64,000 nt of DNA from contig OZ024743.1 of NCBI GenBank assembly GCA_964016885.1, positions 60,512,001-60,576,000 of the forward strand, given 5' to 3'. The DNA is from Eledone cirrhosa. Taxonomy: Eukaryota. Shown in pieces: positions 59,025 to 64,000 of this stretch (within the stretch, counting starts at the first letter, position 1; each line of letters opens with the position of its first letter). The notes beneath the pieces were generated by a model, which did not search any database, was not told the origin of the DNA, and saw nothing but the letters and a program-made list of their open reading frames with translations. The position numbers and the translations under genes were made by a program.

Positions 59025-59350
59025 GATAGGGGATAAATCTTTAATCTAGGATATCACATGCTCTGACACGTTTTCCCGTTCAAACATCGCTTCGGTCAAA
59101 AAAACCTTGGCAGTGTTACACCTAACGCAAAGGAGCGTAGTATATCTAAATACCTGAAATTTGCTCCTCGCTTCCTTTTTGTACTGGTCGCCATCGAGAC
59201 CCCCGGTGTCCTTGGTCTTTTGATTTTTCCCTTCCTTAGCAACATTGAAGAGTACATCTGAGGAAGTATCCCCATGAGGTCAAATATCTCATGCCGCGGG
59301 AATTACTTGCTGTTTTCCGCGACAATGCTTTTGTCATTTCGTCTGTGAGG
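59025..59350 (+). mobile_element. CRE-type LINE restriction-like endonuclease remnant
   Basis: SLI*DITCSDTF..SKY..FLFVLVAIETPGVLG..LAVFRDNA resembles the CRE-type WDxTCxDT / VAVETLG / QRGNA motifs. Confidence 0.65.
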
Positions 59351-60448
59351 CACAGTTGAGATATACCATTTAGTCATGGGTGAAGAGTTTACCGCTACAT
59401 TTTGTTCATTATTTAATTTTTTTTTTTTTTTACAACTCTGAGGAAAGATAGATTCCAAGGTAAAGTTCGTATTCTGCCAGGTGTCGCTGTCTCATTTCTC
59501 CAGTCTCCAGTGGAACTTCAACAATTCTTTTCAGCTATTATTCATTGTTACCAAGTATTGCCTTTCGTCCTTATGAGGTCAGTAAAATAAAGTACCAGTA
59601 ATGCACTGAGCATAATTGCTGGCCTTGTGCCAAAAGTAGAAAGAATTATTATAATTATCTACGTTGTGGTGACAATAGTTTCAAATTTCAAATATCACAG
59701 CACTTCGTAAGATAAACAGATGTTATTTTTCTTAATATATTCATATTGAGTGATGAGTATATTACATAAGGACATATAGATTTCAAAATATACTTTGCAT
59801 TGTACTGAAAATGTTTTATCATAAATGCTGTATTTTTAGTATTTATCATAAAATATCCAATATGAAGAATACTAGAATAAATTTATCCCATGTGCATATT
59901 TTTTTAAAGCACATATAAATACATATCACTAATTTCATTTGATTAAATAAAAAAAAATGTTTTATTAAATCAAACAATTATTTTTTATAATTTCTATTGA
60001 AAGTACGAAGGCACTTTTAAGATAGCAATAATTCTTCATTTAGTAACTACACCAAGTAACTTGACAGTACATCTTAATGTATTTTTGTGATAGTCATTTA
60101 TTTTCGCTTGACTATTTTTTTCCTGTGTGCATGTGGGTGGGTGAGGGTTTTGGATTTTTTTTGTGTATTTCCAGAAAATGCCATGAAGTATTTGATACAG
60201 CTGTTTCTGGTCTCAGCTCAAATCCTGCTGGAGCCTATTTGAGTAGGAGAATTAAATCGTCACCTGAGTTCTTGTCATTTCAACAGCTAATTCCATAATC
60301 TGGCTAGTTCCTGACGGGAAAGATCAGCCTTCAGGCCCCGACTCTTCCTAATAAAGTCAACTCTGCTATCCCTAGCATCGAGTATTCTCTTGAATGATGT
60401 TTTAACTAGTTTAAAACCGGTTCAATCCTGATATATATATATATATAT

Positions 60449-60493
60449 ATACGAGCTGAGGATCCGCTAAGGTGAAACAATTGTTCTCGGTAT
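60449..60493 (+). ncRNA. Minimal type I hammerhead ribozyme (family F; element extends to ~60590)
   Basis: gag-CTGAGGA-tccgctaaggt-GAAA-caattg-TT-ctc. Confidence 0.78.
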
Positions 60494-60626
60494 GGTGAAC
60501 AAACTGTTGTGTAACCCCTTCTACCTAACTCGTCCCATGGACTGAGTGCTCTACCACAACGTATATTACCTTCCAGTGTTCTACAACTATATATATATAT
60601 ATATATAATCCATATATATATATATA

Positions 60627-60742
60627 ATCCAAAGAGGGCTCGATAAGGATAAATATATATCAAATATATAAGAACCGTAGAGCAAATATTTATTAAAATA
60701 ACAGATTAAAGTTTAAGCAAAGAATCGCTGCTTTCACCCTTA
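60627..60742 (-). mobile_element. PLE-type 3' tail (family D)
   Basis: Joins the pieces seen separately at 16365-16425 and 49743-49793. Confidence 0.7.
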
Positions 60743-60781
60743 TATATTTATTGAAATAATTATGTATATATAAATATGTAT

Positions 60782-61185
60782 AAACAAGAGAGATGGACAC
60801 TAATATAAACATACATGTGTTCGAATCTGCAAGGACTAGGTTAGCTAGGTTGAAAAAATACTAACTACAGCAATATGGTTTGTCAGACTTAATTTTAAGT
60901 ATTAAATTGAGAAAAATAACAGACCTATATCCGGCAAACGCCTGGTAACAACTATATAGGTCTGTTATTTTTCTTAATTTACTACTTAAAATTAAGTCTG
61001 ACAAACCATATCGGTGTAGTTAGTATTTGTTCACGCTAGCTAACCTAGTCCTTATATTCGAACATATGTATGTTTATATTAGTGTTCATCTTTCTTTTTT
61101 ATTCAATTATATTACACGGCTCGGAAAAGCTTTTTTCTTAGAGCTATTTAATTGTAAGAGACAACTCTGAGTTTCTAACTCACTA
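60782..61185. repeat. Fold-back insertion with extra tail
   Basis: Arms ~60782-60930 / 60953-61100. Confidence 0.8.
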
Positions 61186-61226
61186 TATATATATTTATAT
61201 ATGTCTGTATTTATATATGTAATGTA

Positions 61227-61295
<69 letters not shown>

Positions 61296-61473
61296 TTATA
61301 TATGTATGTATTTATATATGTAATGTATTCATATATATATATTATATATATTTATGAATACATTACATATATAAATACATACATATACATAATTATTTAT
61401 ATATATATATATATATATAAATAATTATGTATATATATATATATGTATGTATTTATATATATATATATATATA

Positions 61474-61622
61474 TATATTGTTATACTTTGGGAGGGTCAT
61501 GTTGCCAATAAGAAACACACGCGTGTGTTTCTTATTGGCAACATGACCCTCCCAAAGTATAACAATATCGGTTTCAACACACGATTTCAGATAAAGAATC
61601 TTGCTAAACAAATTCAGAAACG

Positions 61623-61626
<4 letters not shown>
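61474..61626. mobile_element. Perfect hairpin of the family E tail
   Basis: Palindrome ~61474-61567 centred on acacacgcgtgtgt; + arm continues to the element end. Confidence 0.9.
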
Positions 61627-61660
<34 letters not shown>

Positions 61661-61713
61661 TTATGTATATATATATATGTATGTATTTATATATGTAATG
61701 TATTCATATATTC

Positions 61714-61799
<86 letters not shown>

Positions 61800-62061
61800 A
61801 AGTACCAGCACGAGTCACTGTGCAAACAGTGTCTTCATAATCTTTGCATGGCAATATCAACTGATCAATCATCGATACCGATAAATGGACAATCTATGAT
61901 TGCGTTATCTTTATATCATACAATACATCGCACACACCGCTCGGCACACTCCACATACACATATGTCAATAGTTTGATCTCCTTCTTCAATCAATGCCAG
62001 ACACCCTCGTAATGTGATTGCAGTTTTTACTATAAGTTATTATCGGTATTTTTATCAACCG

Positions 62062-62064
<3 letters not shown>

Positions 62065-62102
<38 letters not shown>

Positions 62103-62507
62103 GTTCTCATCATCATCATCATTATTATCATCATCATTAATATTATCATCATGTTTATCTTTGCCATCATCGCCATCATCATCATCACCATCATCATCAT
62201 TATCATCATCACCATCATCACCATCATCATCATCATCACCATCATCAACCATCATCAACCATCACCATCATCCTCATCGTCATCATGATGATGATGATGA
62301 CGATGATGATGATGATCATCATCATCATCACCATCACCATCATCACCATCAACATCATCATCATCATCATCATCACCATCATCAACAATCATCATCACCA
62401 TCATTATCATCAATCATCACCATCATCCTCATCGTCATTATCATCTTCATCATCATCATTAATATTATCATCATGTTTATCTTTACCATTATCGTTATTA
62501 TTATTGC

Positions 62508-62541
<34 letters not shown>

Positions 62542-62570
62542 GCCCTTATTATTAATATAATTATATTATT
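62065..62570. repeat. (ATT)n/(CAT)n low-complexity block with internal duplication
   Basis: attaatattatcatcatgtttatcttt at ~62136 and ~62458. Confidence 0.9.
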
Positions 62571-62907
62571 GTTTATTTGTTTTCTTCTTGTTTTTGTTTT
62601 TGTTTTGTTCACACTGCAGCACATCATATAAACAATAGAGATGTGCGCTGAAGCGTGATATATATTTTGTGCACCCACCACATCCTAAATATATATCTTG
62701 CAATGGTTTTTGCATTTACAAATATCATATTGATTTGAAAGATTTACAGTTCACTCATGTTATTATTGATCTACAGGATGGGGAATATGGCCTCTGTTTG
62801 ATTGCGCCGGCGTTTCATAGCGTCTTTTTCTGACAGACGGAAATATACATTGAACACAGCAATGATCTCAAGAAATATTGGTATCTGTCAATTCTTAATG
62901 TCTTCCT

Positions 62908-62909
<2 letters not shown>

Positions 62910-62958
<49 letters not shown>

Positions 62959-62982
62959 TCTCTCTCTCTGTCTGTCTCTCTG

Positions 62983-63022
<40 letters not shown>

Positions 63023-63082
63023 GCTTTACCGCTCTACCTTATCTTCCTTTATATCTATTTTCTCTCTATTTCTATGATAATC

Positions 63083-63173
<91 letters not shown>

Positions 63174-63255
63174 GTATCTATCTATCTATCTACCGCTCTA
63201 CCTTATCTTCCTTTATATCTATTTTCTCTCTATTTCTATGATAATCACCCTCTCT

Positions 63256-63287
<32 letters not shown>

Positions 63288-63452
63288 CCACTCTATATCT
63301 TCCTATCTTTCCCATCCCTTTCTCTATATGCTTTATCTCTATTCTTCACCCCCACCTTTATCTACTTCTCTAATCCCCACCTAGCTCTATTTCCTCTATA
63401 TTTCGCTATCTATCTATCTCTATATCCCCCTTTCTATCTCACTCATCTCTCC

Positions 63453-63497
<45 letters not shown>

Positions 63498-63640
63498 TCT
63501 CACTCTCTCTCCCTCTCTCTCCCTCTCTTTATCTTCCCTCTATATTTATTTCTCTCTCTCTCTATCTCCCTCTCTATATTTATTTCCTTATCTATCTAAC
63601 TATTTCTCTAACTCCCTCTCTATCTATTTCTATCTTTCCG
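62910..63640. repeat. (TC)n/(TATC)n block with local duplication
   Basis: 63028-63090 repeated at 63192-63254. Confidence 0.9.
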
Positions 63641-63651
63641 CCTCTTATTAC

Positions 63652-63827
63652 CATAATTTTCTTCTTCAGAGACCATCTATCTTCAACACAAGCTTTGCCT
63701 GACATTTTATAAGACAATAGTTCCTCGTTTAATAAAAGCGGTTTGCTATGTATTGGATATACAAGAGACAGAATTCTGTCTAACATAGTCTAACCTTTGA
63801 CATCATAACATCTTCCTCTCGGCTTCT
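63652..63827 (-). CDS. Candidate first coding exon (ATG at 63786)
   Basis: Acceptor ctccatgtttcag, donor ATG|gtaata; MLDRILSLVYPIHSKPLLLNEELLSYKMSGKACVEDRWSLKKKIM. Confidence 0.25.
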
Positions 63828-64000
63828 CTGAAACATGGAGAACAACAATATTAAATAGGAAGAGAAGTAGCAGCGACAGCAACAACAGCAACATCAACAA
63901 ATGTCAGGGTTAGATTCAACTCTAAGCTACATAATGACCCCCTCTCCTAAACAAACCGGAAACCATAACAACGCGACTATTACTGCAGTATGCAGCAGAT

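Noticed and set aside
62014-62631. 205-aa poly-S/H/D/I ORF
   Set aside because: Trinucleotide low-complexity repeat.

Overview
AT-rich, microsatellite-saturated eukaryotic DNA. The tRNA-derived SINEs and repeat landscape look like an octopus or other coleoid cephalopod (inference). No host gene can be called confidently; there are only a few candidate minus-strand exons. Most long ORFs in the track are microsatellite translations. The real coding remnants are decayed retroelements: two Tx1/L1-type LINEs in (TATC)n, an R4/Dong-type LINE array in (ACAT)n, CR1-, RTE- and CRE-type fragments, and five Penelope-like element (PLE) RT/GIY-YIG remnants. SINEs, MITEs and Helitron-like pieces are also present. 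The main hidden signal, found by eye, is about 14 type I hammerhead ribozyme (HHR) motifs with intact CUGAnGA/GAAA/UH cores, plus roughly as many decayed or half copies, from about 10 sequence families. They sit in short fold-back or partial-tandem insertions in (TA)n tracts. Three are non-coding 421-481 nt monomers whose 5' end lies at or near the HHR cleavage site (retrozyme-like, probably PLE-mobilised). A 262-nt element has the same architecture but a tRNA-like cloverleaf where the ribozyme would be. All folds are manual and boundaries are approximate.
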